IMG/VR virus record: IMGVR_UViG_3300029789_000001
Reading direction: 5' to 3' (one strand)
DNA from: a virus
Length of the DNA: 64,000 nucleotides
Shown here: piece by piece, positions 38,864-49,726 of the stretch
How positions within the stretch are numbered: position 1 is the first letter of the stretch
Layout: every line of letters starts with the position of its first letter
Notes under the pieces: generated by a model
What the model was told of the DNA's origin: nothing
The model's database searches: none
The model's input: only the letters and a program-made list of their open reading frames with translations
Position numbers and translations under genes: made by a program

Positions 38864-39029
38864 AAAGTCCTGATTAATCAGGACATACAGTTGAATCAAT
38901 AGCAGTAGTATCAACTACTGTAGTATCAACATTAATAGAATCATTTGAAGTTGAATTTACTGAATTATTTGAACCAGTAGAACAACTCAAGAGTGTAAAT
39001 AACACACTAAATACAAGTAATTTCTTCAT
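38864..39029 (-). CDS. small lipoprotein (55 aa), below the ORF-track cutoff
   Basis: MKKLLVFSVLFTLLSCSTGS has a lipobox LLSC. The 3' end overlaps an 18-bp perfect palindrome GTCCTGATTAATCAGGAC. Confidence 0.4.
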
Positions 39030-39309
39030 TTTTTATTCTTTTTTATCGTATTGACTATTATAAATCTAAATTTTATTATTCAAAATATAATTTTAATAAA
39101 ATTTAAAAATGAACCGAGAACTTCCCAATTCTCGGTTCTGTGTACTAAGGTAAGTACGACCCTTCCAATTTCATGTTGAAATCTTCAAAAAAGTCAGTAT
39201 ATTTATAGATATATACATCTGGGAATCAGGTTAATCGTGAAATTCGTAACTATAACAGTCCTAACCCGTTTGTGGTATAAATATAATTTAACTATAAAAA
39301 TTATAAAAG

Positions 39310-39531
39310 TTAATTTTTGTTTACTTTATTATTTTTAATTAAATTATTTATTTCTGTCTCTGTGAGTTCTATCTTGTAATCCCCATAACTTAAAGAATAA
39401 TTAAAATCAAATAAATAGACAAATTTATTATCTATATATTGAGCACATTGTGGGATTACATTAATATTAATAACTGTAAATTTGATATTGTCTAAAACAA
39501 TACTTTCATACAATTTAAATTTGCTAGTCAT
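39310..39531 (-). CDS. hypothetical protein
   Basis: ORF track, 73 aa. Confidence 0.3.
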   Translation of the reverse strand: MTSKFKLYESIVLDNIKFTVININVIPQCAQYIDNKFVYLFDFNYSLSYGDYKIELTETEINNLIKNNKVNKN

Positions 39532-39696
39532 AATAAACCAAAAGAGGGAACTCTAAATAGAGTCCCCTCAAAAGATTGAGTTTCCTTTTAATTATCACGA
39601 CTATAATTCACGTTTCACAACGTTCAATAAGTATTCCTTATTACTGAGGTTATTATAGTTGTGAATTTTTTTTCTAAAAATAAAATCTTAAAAATT

Positions 39697-40065
39697 TTAA
39701 TTCTGAATCATAGCACGAAGCTCTTCAATAGATTTATTCTCAAGAGCTTCGTCCTCTTTCTTTGCGATAAGCTCAGCAATACGTTTGTTACGAGCATCAA
39801 TCTGTGCTCTATTAATATTGTCTTTACGAGCCTTTAATTTAATATTAATTACATCTTTTACGATGCTGAAACGAAGTTCATCATCATTTTCTTCAGCTGG
39901 AAGCTCTTCAATGAAAGACTTCTTAGGAGCCTCACTAATTTTCTTATCCAGCATAATAGCTAAAGTGTTAAGATTCTGCAGAGATAAGTCGAACAAATCT
40001 TCTGTAGTAATCATACCCTTGTTTGTCTTAAAACGTAATTTCTTTTGTAATGCTTCTTTGTACAT
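39697..40065 (-). CDS. hypothetical protein
   Basis: ORF track, 122 aa, charged. Confidence 0.35.
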   Translation of the reverse strand: MYKEALQKKLRFKTNKGMITTEDLFDLSLQNLNTLAIMLDKKISEAPKKSFIEELPAEENDDELRFSIVKDVINIKLKARKDNINRAQIDARNKRIAELIAKKEDEALENKSIEELRAMIQN

Positions 40066-40077
40066 TGTTGTTAATTA

Positions 40078-42006
40078 TTAAATGTTTACTTTATAAATTT
40101 TACCTGAATCTACTCTAACCATAAGTGAATTACGAGAAGTAGCTATAAATCCTAAACCACTCATCTGATTATCATCATAAGGAGTCAAAGCTTTAGATGC
40201 TAATACTTCAAATACTCTCTTATGATTTTTAGTGAGTTCGTCTTTAAGATACTCATTAAAATATCCACGAACAGCATCTGGATTCTTACAATCCTTCAGC
40301 ATAAAGAAATAGTGCTTAGCACCTACTTTATTATTTCCCCAGTAATTTGGAGATAAACATATAGCAGACACTTCAACAAAGTTCTGAGTCTTTACTCCCC
40401 AAATTTCTTTAGATGCTGTAGTACTACTTAAATGCTCTTTAGTAAAGACAACTTCATGCCCATTAGAAGTAAAGTCTAATACTGGAACATCGCTCTTATG
40501 AGGGACGTCTTTATCATACACATAAGTATGAACAACTCCATTAAGTTCTACTTCTACTTCAAATCCTAAATCAATATTTTCAACTTTAGCAAAGTTGTTA
40601 ACAAATACTTTATAAGTACCTGCTTTAGGAATTCCTGAGAAAATGATATTTTCTACAGCATTGCGAGAGAATTTCTTAGGATTATTACGTTCTTCAAAAG
40701 CACTACCTCCACAGGCATTCATATCTACATCGAGAAGGTCTGCTTTATTACCATAATGAATGTGTCCATAAGGACTATTCATATGTAAATCCAAATCATC
40801 GTAGTTATACCAATGAAGAGAGATTCTCATATAGCCATCTACCTTACCTCCTACTTCTTTAACACGTTGTTTAATAGCATCAGAGATATTACCATTATAT
40901 GCCCAAGCAAACCCATTATTCCATTTAAACATAGAAGGAGCTTCTTTATTAACTGGGGCAGTAAGAGTTACTAAATTATTATTTAACTTATTGTCAAAGA
41001 ATAATTCAAGCTTACTAGCCTTAGAAACAATATTATTAAGGAACTCTTCCATAGTTGTTGGGATAGAAGTCTTCTCAAAGTCTTTAGCAGTTTTGCTAAT
41101 ATTAGAAGTTTCATTCATAAGAGAATCAAATCCTCCTAACATTCTCTTACGAGTTTCTCTATTTACAAAGATAACATCTTCAATAGATATATCTTCTACT
41201 TTAGCATGACGACGCTCTAAAGAATCTTCATAGCCAAGTTCTACTACAGTTTTATAAGCATTTTCTACCTGAGTTTTAGTGATAATACCTTTAGGTCTCT
41301 TATAATTATAAGGAGCAACCATAGCTTCAAACTTCTTAACTGAACTTTCAACATTGTTAGTATCAGTTATGTCTTTAAGAAGCTGACCTATAGCACTATT
41401 AAGTATATGTGTTACAGCATCAGGAAGTACACAAGAAGATATCCAAGCATAATTATCTAACTCAAAACCTTCCAAGTGCTTATTCTCTATTGTATCAAGA
41501 GCAGTCTTTAAAGCATTCACTTGACGTAGATAAGTGTCACCTCTATAGAGGTTATCATCTACAATTAAGTCTAATACTGTTTGTACAGAATTATAGTTAA
41601 TTTCAGATAAAGTTCTTATCCATACATCATGTGAAGATTTAGCACCTGCACGGAATGTTGGAGTCTGAGACTTATTCATAATTAAATTACTTGTAGGAGT
41701 AGCATAAAAATGGTTCCAAGTAATTATTTCTTTAGAAGGTAGTATCTGCTGATTACATTTACAACCCATTGTAGTCTCTTCTGTAACAAATGCATTTCTA
41801 ATTTTAGTATTTTTAAGCACTTGTAACATATTGTCTACAACTTTAGCAAACATTCCTTCAGCGTGAACATCCTCCCAGTAAGAATGTATTTTATAATTCT
41901 CATCTACAGAGACTAATGCTCCATAGCGAGTAATGAAATGTTTACAATTTACACAGTTAAATTCTTGACGTATGGCTCCTTCAGGGAAAGATTCCATATA
42001 AGCCAT
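40078..42006 (-). CDS. large hypothetical protein (642 aa) with primase-polymerase (AEP)-like motifs in its C-terminal half
   Basis: ISLHWYNYDDLDLH looks like an hhhDhD motif, SPYGHIHYG like an sGxGhH motif, and LLDVDMN like a hD motif. Inference only. Confidence 0.3.
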   Translation of the reverse strand: MAYMESFPEGAIRQEFNCVNCKHFITRYGALVSVDENYKIHSYWEDVHAEGMFAKVVDNMLQVLKNTKIRNAFVTEETTMGCKCNQQILPSKEIITWNHFYATPTSNLIMNKSQTPTFRAGAKSSHDVWIRTLSEINYNSVQTVLDLIVDDNLYRGDTYLRQVNALKTALDTIENKHLEGFELDNYAWISSCVLPDAVTHILNSAIGQLLKDITDTNNVESSVKKFEAMVAPYNYKRPKGIITKTQVENAYKTVVELGYEDSLERRHAKVEDISIEDVIFVNRETRKRMLGGFDSLMNETSNISKTAKDFEKTSIPTTMEEFLNNIVSKASKLELFFDNKLNNNLVTLTAPVNKEAPSMFKWNNGFAWAYNGNISDAIKQRVKEVGGKVDGYMRISLHWYNYDDLDLHMNSPYGHIHYGNKADLLDVDMNACGGSAFEERNNPKKFSRNAVENIIFSGIPKAGTYKVFVNNFAKVENIDLGFEVEVELNGVVHTYVYDKDVPHKSDVPVLDFTSNGHEVVFTKEHLSSTTASKEIWGVKTQNFVEVSAICLSPNYWGNNKVGAKHYFFMLKDCKNPDAVRGYFNEYLKDELTKNHKRVFEVLASKALTPYDDNQMSGLGFIATSRNSLMVRVDSGKIYKVNI

Positions 42007-42125
42007 CCATAAAAATTCTTTTTAAGTGTCAAGAATAAAGAGATGTTTGTTCTCTTTAATCATCTTATTACATGCTTCTGTAACAAGATTTCTAAAATCT
42101 AAGTATTCCATAAAATTTTTAAAAG

Positions 42126-42160
42126 TTAGAAAAAGAGGGAGAGATTATTCCCTCCCTCTG
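42126..42160 (-). terminator. rho-independent terminator (AGAGGGAG/CTCCCTCT stem followed by a U-run on the minus strand)
   Basis: Read directly, downstream of the flotillin gene. Confidence 0.55.
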
Positions 42161-42173
42161 TGATACTTAATGT

Positions 42174-43727
42174 TTATACATTTACGTTGGTGTTTTCTAC
42201 GTCGCCATTAACGTTAACATTCTTGTTAACCTTAGCATCAATGGTGTTAGCCTTCATAATGTCTGCCATATCTACACCTGTGGCATCTTTTACAATGTCA
42301 CGAGTCTGCTTAATAATAGCAGGCACATTACCAGAAATACCAGAAGCCTCAGAACCATTAGTTCCATAAACTGTCATATTGCCAATCTTACTCATAGGCT
42401 CAGCAATATACTTAGCCATATCAGGAAGAACTTTCTCATTAAGTTTAGAAAGCATGTCAATTACAGCAATAGAGCCATACTTACTGTATGCTTCAGCCTT
42501 CTTCTGCATAGCCTCAGCTTCTGCAAGACCCTTAGCCTTCACACCTTCAGCTTCTGCCAAAAGTTTAGCTTTAGTACCTTCAGCTTCCGCAGTTAAGGTC
42601 TGCTGAGTAGCATATGCTTCAGCTTCGCCCTTAGCACGAATACCTGCTGCCTCCTGCTCCTGAGAATAACGATTAGCTTCAGCCTTAGCTTTTACAGCCT
42701 TAGCAGTTTGCTCTGCCTTATAAGCTTCAGCCTCAGCCTCACGCTTCTGCTTCTCCAAAGCAGCCTGAGCATCAATTTCTGTCTGATACTTGTCAGCATC
42801 AGCCTTAGCATTTACATCTGCAAGATACTCATTCTGCTTAATCTTAATCTTCTCCTCAGATAAGGTCTGTTCTTTACGAGTCTTCTCAATATCAGCATCT
42901 ACAGTCTTGATATTAATAGTTTTCTGCTGCTCCTGCTGCTGAATTTCATATGCAGCATCAGATTCAGCCTTCTTAATATCAGACAATCTCTTCAGTTCAG
43001 CTCTCTTAATAGCTAATTCATTATTACGTTCAGCAATAATAGTATCAGCCTTTACTCGTGCTTCATTAGCTTCATTGTCAGCCTCAGCCTGAGCCTTAGC
43101 TACGTCTCTATCAGCATTAGCACGAGTAATCTTAGCATTCTTCTGAATAGCTGCTGTATTATCAGCTCCCAAATCACGGATCAAGCCTTTCTCATCAGTA
43201 ATATTTTGAATATTGCAAGACAAAATCTCAAGACCTAACTTAGCCATATCAGGAGCTGCCTTCTTCTGAATTTCATCAGAGAATGCATCTCTATCAGTGT
43301 TAATCTTAATTAAGTCAAGAGAACCTACTACTTCACGCATATTACCCTCCAAAGAATCTTTCACCTGAGCAGCAATCTGCACAGAATTCATATTCAAGAA
43401 GTTCTTAGCTGCAAGTCTAGTGCCTTCTGTATCAGGTTTTACCCTAACTTTACATACGGCATCTACCATTACATCCAAGAAATCATGAGTAGGAACTGGT
43501 TGTGAAGTCTTAACATCAACTGTTACTTGACCAAGATATACTTTATCTAATCGTTCAAGTACAGGAATTTTTACTCCACCACCACCGATAAGTACTCGTG
43601 GCTCCTTACGAAAACCTGAAAGAATGTACGCCATCGAAGGAGGAGCTTTAACATACATTGTAGCAATAATAACAAGCAGTACAATAATAACGACTGCGAT
43701 AACACCAATAAGAACTAAATGTTCCAT
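42174..43727 (-). CDS. flotillin / SPFH (band-7) family membrane protein
   Basis: N-terminal TM helix, SPFH core, then a long Ala/Glu/Lys-rich coiled-coil (EAEAYKAEQTAKAVKAKAEA...). GC-rich at about 42%. Confidence 0.75.
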   Translation of the reverse strand: MEHLVLIGVIAVVIIVLLVIIATMYVKAPPSMAYILSGFRKEPRVLIGGGGVKIPVLERLDKVYLGQVTVDVKTSQPVPTHDFLDVMVDAVCKVRVKPDTEGTRLAAKNFLNMNSVQIAAQVKDSLEGNMREVVGSLDLIKINTDRDAFSDEIQKKAAPDMAKLGLEILSCNIQNITDEKGLIRDLGADNTAAIQKNAKITRANADRDVAKAQAEADNEANEARVKADTIIAERNNELAIKRAELKRLSDIKKAESDAAYEIQQQEQQKTINIKTVDADIEKTRKEQTLSEEKIKIKQNEYLADVNAKADADKYQTEIDAQAALEKQKREAEAEAYKAEQTAKAVKAKAEANRYSQEQEAAGIRAKGEAEAYATQQTLTAEAEGTKAKLLAEAEGVKAKGLAEAEAMQKKAEAYSKYGSIAVIDMLSKLNEKVLPDMAKYIAEPMSKIGNMTVYGTNGSEASGISGNVPAIIKQTRDIVKDATGVDMADIMKANTIDAKVNKNVNVNGDVENTNVNV

Positions 43728-43806
43728 AAATTTGTAAATGTTTAAATAATAAAAATTAAATATCTAAGAATTAACTGATGTTAATTCCAAGGGGGGCATT
43801 TATTTT

Positions 43807-44961
43807 TTATAATTTGTAATTTACAAGACCTGTAGCTTTACTTGCAGAATAGCAACTATTAATTAAATATATTTTAATATATCCATAATCAGTTATAGTT
43901 ATTATATACTTTTCTGCAGCATTTACCATTAGTATACGATCATCTTCAAAATAGTCTCCAGGCTCTAGATATTTCAATTCTTTATCTTCAACAGTAGAAC
44001 CATAATCCTCATCAAACTTAGAAGACCATTCTTTATAGAATTCTTTTTCTTCGAGAGAACGATTTTCCCAATCTTTCTTTTTAAGTTCTCTATACTTATT
44101 ATAAATTTTCAATAGATTATTTATATTTTCAGGAGTAAATTTCAAGTCACAATGACTGATTCGCACTTCTCTATACAAATAAGTAAATCTAGAGAATTCA
44201 ATATTAAAGGTTTCTTTAATATTAGGAAGAGCTTCTACTCCATGAATATTAATTTCAGTTGCTATAGCCTTAATTAAGTCTATAGTAATAATATTCATAG
44301 AATGAGTTAACTCTATAACCTTTTCTATAGCAGTTTTATCTTCCAAAATATCGTTAAGAATTTCTCTAGTAACTTCCTCAGAAAGATTACTGAAAGACTT
44401 TTTATATCTTATTCTAGAAGGTCTACCAAGAAGATTTGGGTCTACATTTAACTCATTAGTAGTAAGTAAAAATACCTTACGATAAATAGAGTTATAAGTA
44501 CCATCCATGAAAGAAAGAACATCAGAAGAATTTTTAAATTCTTTCTCATATTCATCAAAGAAGAAGATACAATCAAAATCAATAGATGTAGATAAATATT
44601 TTATTAATTTACTATTAGTATCACTGCCCATTGATTGTACTAAGACTACAGGAAGCTGTAAACGATTACAAAGTTCCTTTGCAACGACCGTCTTACCAGT
44701 TCCTTTGATTCCATCTAGCAGAACACCTAAATTTCCTGTAGTGTTCTCATATGTCTTTAAGACATAATCAATAAATTTTTGGTTTAGACCATACAGTTTG
44801 TAATCAAACGTAAAAGACTCAGCGATTTTACTTAAGTAAAATCCAGTCATTGAGACTTTTACTTCATAAATACCTTTCGGTAATCCTTCAGGATGAGATA
44901 CTGTTGTCGCACTACCTTGACTAAAAACGTTGCCATCTTGTAACCAAATTTGTTTACCCAT
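43807..44961 (-). CDS. AAA+ ATPase
   Basis: Walker A GVLLDGIKGTGKTV. Walker B IFFFDEYEK. Confidence 0.65.
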   Translation of the reverse strand: MGKQIWLQDGNVFSQGSATTVSHPEGLPKGIYEVKVSMTGFYLSKIAESFTFDYKLYGLNQKFIDYVLKTYENTTGNLGVLLDGIKGTGKTVVAKELCNRLQLPVVLVQSMGSDTNSKLIKYLSTSIDFDCIFFFDEYEKEFKNSSDVLSFMDGTYNSIYRKVFLLTTNELNVDPNLLGRPSRIRYKKSFSNLSEEVTREILNDILEDKTAIEKVIELTHSMNIITIDLIKAIATEINIHGVEALPNIKETFNIEFSRFTYLYREVRISHCDLKFTPENINNLLKIYNKYRELKKKDWENRSLEEKEFYKEWSSKFDEDYGSTVEDKELKYLEPGDYFEDDRILMVNAAEKYIITITDYGYIKIYLINSCYSASKATGLVNYKL

Positions 44962-45617
44962 TTTGATAAATGTTTAATAATTACTTTAATAAATTTATAA
45001 GAATGTCTATGTTGTATAACATATCATCAATTATTTTAATAGAGTTATTAATATATTCTTCCATAATTAACAGTTAAAATTAAACAAAAATCCCTGAACT
45101 ATAATAGCCCAGGGATTAAAAACAAATAATAATAAAAACAGTTCTATGAACTAGTGGAGCTAGACGGTACTGCCCCGTCGTCTTGCCTATTTGCATCAAA
45201 ACGTTCTTACAGCATAGGTTTTAAAGACTATCCTTGTCTGTTAGGGTTGACAAGATTAACATTGTCAACTTCCACCACTCTGTTCCTAAAGTATACAGAG
45301 AACTTATAAGAAATGAAAGAATAGTGCACCTTTCTGTTCCTAAGCAAGTGCTGCTCGGCTTCTCAGGCTGCAATAGCGTAAGAAGCGGAAGTGTTATTTA
45401 CTTCGCCAATTAATTTTTTACTTGTCTATCCAAGTTGTCTTGCTGTGTTTCTTATCTCCTAGACAATCAAATACTAGTTTAGCCCCATACTTAAAAGAGT
45501 TCTAATTTAGAACTCTTTAATATCTTCTGATTCTTCGGCTATATGGAAAACCCATATCATACCAATCATCTGGATCTATTCTATCTTCATTACCCATAAT
45601 TTAAAACTTAATTAATG

Positions 45618-45947
45618 TTAAAAACTAAATTGAATATCTCTATTGACATCTAATAATCCTCCTTGCCAATTAGATTGAATATCCATACTGAACCATGTAC
45701 CATATTTAGTTCTTGCAAACCAAATAAGATGATTGTCGTACTTAGGAATATAACAACCTATAAAATAGTCAGTATCTCCATTCCATATCCAACTACAGTT
45801 AAGAGCACTATTTATTAAATGTATCTTTAGATGTATATCAGCCCTATTAAAAGGAATTACTTTCTTTACATAAGCTTTATATAATCTACTTGGCGAACAT
45901 TTACCATCGTCAAAGAAATTATAAATCTGTCTCTTTTTCGGTATCAT
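45618..45947 (-). CDS. hypothetical protein
   Basis: ORF track, 109 aa. Confidence 0.35.
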   Translation of the reverse strand: MIPKKRQIYNFFDDGKCSPSRLYKAYVKKVIPFNRADIHLKIHLINSALNCSWIWNGDTDYFIGCYIPKYDNHLIWFARTKYGTWFSMDIQSNWQGGLLDVNRDIQFSF

Positions 45948-46545
45948 TAATCATACATTGTCTTAATATAGCTTCATTAACTATATTCTCATTTTCTCTT
46001 GCAAGTTTATCTAACAACTCTAGATTAAATTCTTCTTTTTGGAACTTGAATTGAATCCAATTAGGTTCAAATTCTCTGTAATCTAGATAAGACCGAGGTT
46101 CATCTGTATTTAGTACATATTTAACTAGTCTAGTTAAACGTTCTCCAGCTAGTTTAGATACTACAAAACCAGATAAATCATAACCTACACCTCTACTTCT
46201 CCAATATTCACCTACTTCAGGTTTAGAATCTGGAGCAACATAGAACATTTTATAATAATCTGAAGAACCTAAAGTTACATAAGTACCTAACTGACTACTA
46301 CAACATATACATAAACCAATATTAGAATACAAATTATTATCACGCTCTAATGTAAGAAATACTGGAACTTTATCAGGGTCTAAATTATTAATCTCACAAT
46401 TACGTAGTGCAGTGTGAACATACTCAAGTAATTTAGACACTGATATAGTACTTAGTTTAGTATCTTCTTCACTTTTGTTCTTTTTAATGGCAGCATCAGA
46501 ACATCTAGTGTGCCAATTTTTCCATTTATCTCCTTCTAAATACAT
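45919..46545 (-). CDS. hypothetical protein
   Basis: ORF track, 208 aa. Confidence 0.4.
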   Translation of the reverse strand: MYLEGDKWKNWHTRCSDAAIKKNKSEEDTKLSTISVSKLLEYVHTALRNCEINNLDPDKVPVFLTLERDNNLYSNIGLCICCSSQLGTYVTLGSSDYYKMFYVAPDSKPEVGEYWRSRGVGYDLSGFVVSKLAGERLTRLVKYVLNTDEPRSYLDYREFEPNWIQFKFQKEEFNLELLDKLARENENIVNEAILRQCMINDTEKETDL

Positions 46546-46654
46546 AGCAATTAACTTATATAATACAATAAAAAAGTCATAGAAACAATTAATATTCCTA
46601 TCATAATAAAGAATAGAATTACAAATTGAATATCTGTATTCATATTATAAATAC

Positions 46655-46912
46655 TTAATCACCTCCAGGCAGGCTATCTAAATACTGAGGAATAGTTACT
46701 TCTGTATTATTCTTTTCTTTTTCAAGTTGCTGAATAGCATTTGACTGTCTATCTACAATTATTTGCAATTCCAGAATTTTTGCTTTCTGATAATAGTAGG
46801 TAGGAACTGACCAAGCTAAAATAATTATAAAACAAATTGTTGGTAATAGCCAAAGTTTATTCATATTTTTTATTTTTTTTATTTTTAACACCAAATTACA
46901 TAAACTCCACAT
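46655..46912 (-). CDS. small membrane protein
   Basis: 85 aa with a TM helix LWLLPTICFIIILAW. Confidence 0.35.
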   Translation of the reverse strand: MWSLCNLVLKIKKIKNMNKLWLLPTICFIIILAWSVPTYYYQKAKILELQIIVDRQSNAIQQLEKEKNNTEVTIPQYLDSLPGGD

Positions 46913-47124
46913 TTATCCTTATAACGAAGACTAATCTCAAATCCTAACTCTTTAAGGTAATTATAATATTTGTCAACATTAGTTGGCGGAAGTATAGAAC
47001 CAATCCAAGCTGCATAATTACCTTTACTAGCTTCTTTAATTATAGCAAAGTTTATTTGATCTAATATATGCGGGTCTAATACAGCAGACCTAGATATAGT
47101 TTTTGCTTCTGTGGCTTTAATCAT
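46885..47124 (-). CDS. hypothetical protein
   Basis: ORF track, 79 aa. Confidence 0.3.
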   Translation of the reverse strand: MIKATEAKTISRSAVLDPHILDQINFAIIKEASKGNYAAWIGSILPPTNVDKYYNYLKELGFEISLRYKDKCGVYVIWC

Positions 47125-47525
47125 AACTTTTTAATTTTTAAACTAGCATCTTTAAACCATATATTAAGTCTATCTATAGCACTTTCCCATTCAGATTGAG
47201 AGCAGATTTTATAATATTTTAAAAAGTTAGTATTATCTGCATTAAACTGATATATACCCATACACTTACCACCAGGAGTGATTTTAGTTACAGTATATCC
47301 AGTACCATCATTGATAACTACTTTTAAATAAGATATTGTATCTTTATAGTAAGGATGTTCTCTAAGAGCGTGATTACTAACTTGTATCTTTTTAGCTCTT
47401 ATGTTATTTATTATTTCTCCTATAATATTCTCTAAATTATCTCTTTGACTTAGAAACTTTATTTTGAGTTTTTCCAAGTCCTCAATAGACATTTCCGAAT
47501 AGTTATTTATATTTTCTGTTTCCAT
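47121..47525 (-). CDS. hypothetical protein
   Basis: ORF track, 134 aa. Confidence 0.35.
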   Translation of the reverse strand: METENINNYSEMSIEDLEKLKIKFLSQRDNLENIIGEIINNIRAKKIQVSNHALREHPYYKDTISYLKVVINDGTGYTVTKITPGGKCMGIYQFNADNTNFLKYYKICSQSEWESAIDRLNIWFKDASLKIKKL

Positions 47526-47527
47526 AA

Positions 47528-47827
47528 CTATAATTTTTTTAATATTTTTACATTCTTAATTAATGGCTCACCATCAGTACCAGTTTCATCTAACAAATCA
47601 CCGGTTACTAGATATTTATTGCCAGTAAGGTATTTTATATTATATATAAAATCATTAAATGCCATCTCATTTGTTGGAAATGGAAGAACAGGAGAGTATG
47701 TTCCATTTATATTTTTATGAGCTTCATAAACAGACACACCCTTTTCTTTATCTATTACCTCAGCATTATTATTCCATATAGATGAACATTCATCTTCTGG
47801 AATTTCACCAAATCTATAGAATATCAT
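47528..47827 (-). CDS. hypothetical protein
   Basis: ORF track, 99 aa. Confidence 0.35.
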   Translation of the reverse strand: MIFYRFGEIPEDECSSIWNNNAEVIDKEKGVSVYEAHKNINGTYSPVLPFPTNEMAFNDFIYNIKYLTGNKYLVTGDLLDETGTDGEPLIKNVKILKKL

Positions 47828-48190
47828 TTATTCTTCTTTAAGTTCTGTATTATTCCCAAGAATATCGTTGATTTTCCTTTCAATAAACTCATCAGAAGTA
47901 TTTTCTTTTATTAGAGCATCAATGTCAGGCAACTCTACATCAACTTTATCTTCTTGTACTTTTGAAGTGAATATACCAATTACTAATTTCGCCCAAGGAC
48001 TATTAGCCATATTTGTTAATGAATCCTTTTGGATTTCATAAGCTTTCTTTAATTCTCCATTATCACGGAAATATCTGAGAACATCTGTTAATGCAGCAAC
48101 AAAGTTTTTGTCAGACATTGAATTGTTTTTAGCCTCTTCCAATTTAATCATTAGAAAAAGCAATGATGAATGTAAATCTGTTTTGCTCAT
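47828..48190 (-). CDS. hypothetical protein
   Basis: ORF track, 120 aa. Confidence 0.35.
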   Translation of the reverse strand: MSKTDLHSSLLFLMIKLEEAKNNSMSDKNFVAALTDVLRYFRDNGELKKAYEIQKDSLTNMANSPWAKLVIGIFTSKVQEDKVDVELPDIDALIKENTSDEFIERKINDILGNNTELKEE

Positions 48191-48192
48191 AA

Positions 48193-48570
48193 CTATTCTT
48201 CTCTTATACCAAATGGAGTTCCATCTGCAAATGTATATTCTTTAATAGCATCTGAATAATTAATAGTATCATCAACATCTGTTATAAAACTGTACTCGAT
48301 TGCTCCTTCTAGTTTAGTCCATCCAATTGGCTGATGCTTTTGCATTTCTGCCCAGCACTCTTTTGCATCTTTGAATGGACGGTACTTTGGTTCTGGCTTG
48401 ACGCGATACTCTGTATTATTCCAAAACTCAATCTCTTTCATTTCCGTCCATTCATTCATATCTTGCCAACTTTTGCTTAATGCACTTGGTTTGGTTCTAC
48501 ACTCAATTGCCTTTCCTTCTGCAAATGCTTGCAGAATAGGATAAAATTCTTTAGCTTCTTCTCTTGTCAT
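48193..48570 (-). CDS. hypothetical protein
   Basis: ORF track, 125 aa. Confidence 0.35.
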   Translation of the reverse strand: MTREEAKEFYPILQAFAEGKAIECRTKPSALSKSWQDMNEWTEMKEIEFWNNTEYRVKPEPKYRPFKDAKECWAEMQKHQPIGWTKLEGAIEYSFITDVDDTINYSDAIKEYTFADGTPFGIREE

Positions 48571-48676
48571 ATTCTATTTACTTCTTTTATAGTAATATTA
48601 ACACGTATTGAGAATCCATTAGTTATTTTATACACTCTATGACCAACATAGATAGTTTTAATTTCGTAGGAGTGCT

Positions 48677-49015
48677 TCATTCTTTAGTTTTAGATTGATT
48701 CTTGTAAAACTTTGGAACTCTATTTACTTCCCACCAAGAACCTCCTTCATCGCCACGAGATTCTATCCATACAGGTTCTTTAGTATCTTTATCTTTACAG
48801 TATACAGTACCTAAAACTTCATCATGGCGAAAGATAGAATCTACTTCAAAGTCTAAATCCTCTAGAGTAGTATAAGACTTACAATATCCATCCCTATAAC
48901 GATTATAATCTCTAGCAAAAGATTCTTCATCATTATATAGGTCTATTTTGAGTATTTCTAGGTTATTCTCTTTAACAACTTCTAGAAGAGACTCTTTGAC
49001 ATTCTCTTTGCTCAT
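48677..49015 (-). CDS. hypothetical protein
   Basis: ORF track, 112 aa. Confidence 0.35.
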   Translation of the reverse strand: MSKENVKESLLEVVKENNLEILKIDLYNDEESFARDYNRYRDGYCKSYTTLEDLDFEVDSIFRHDEVLGTVYCKDKDTKEPVWIESRGDEGGSWWEVNRVPKFYKNQSKTKE

Positions 49016-49219
49016 TGCTTATCCTCCTTTGCATTACACGTTGCTTGGTCTCCTTCATAGTAAGGAGCACCGACTTTAGGTAATATCTGAGTGTTCCTAT
49101 TACAGAAACATTGCATCACCCAAGGTGCGTTTACCTTTCCGCATCTAGGGCATATCCATCCTTCTTGTGCCATATTCTCTTCTTTTTACCCTCTCCATTT
49201 TACGGGAGAGGGTGGTTAG

Positions 49220-49726
49220 TTAATCTTTTTTAGGCTTAATACCCCATGCAAGACATCCAAATCTAGTGTCTCTGTCAATATTTGAACCATCAAATACAAT
49301 TTCTTCTCCTGTAATAGATGTTAAAGTAATACCTACAGGCAATGAAGGATAAAGATATAGAGGAATCAAACGAAGTCCAAGAGTATTTTTCTCGTTGGCA
49401 ACCTTCTTATCAAATTCCTCTTTTGTAAGATGTCCTTTGTCTAATTCAGATTGTAAACAAGAAATTTCTTCCTCAACATCTTCTTCGGACTGCCAACTTA
49501 TAAAATGCAAAGCCTTACACTGACTTTCCGTAAGAGCATTCCAATCAATGTCTTTCTTAAACTGTTCTTGAACTTTTTGCCAAGCATCATTGAGACTTTT
49601 CTTTTTATATTCTTCATCCCAATGATATACCTGAATACATGCAATTTGATTTGCAAGCCATTTCAAAGTATTACTAACTTTGTCTTCTAATGAAATTTGT
49701 TCCATATTACTTATATTTATGCCCAA
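49220..49726 (-). CDS. hypothetical protein
   Basis: ORF track, 168 aa. An 8-bp CCCTCTCC/GGAGAGGG hairpin lies just downstream. Confidence 0.4.
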   Translation of the reverse strand: MGINISNMEQISLEDKVSNTLKWLANQIACIQVYHWDEEYKKKSLNDAWQKVQEQFKKDIDWNALTESQCKALHFISWQSEEDVEEEISCLQSELDKGHLTKEEFDKKVANEKNTLGLRLIPLYLYPSLPVGITLTSITGEEIVFDGSNIDRDTRFGCLAWGIKPKKD

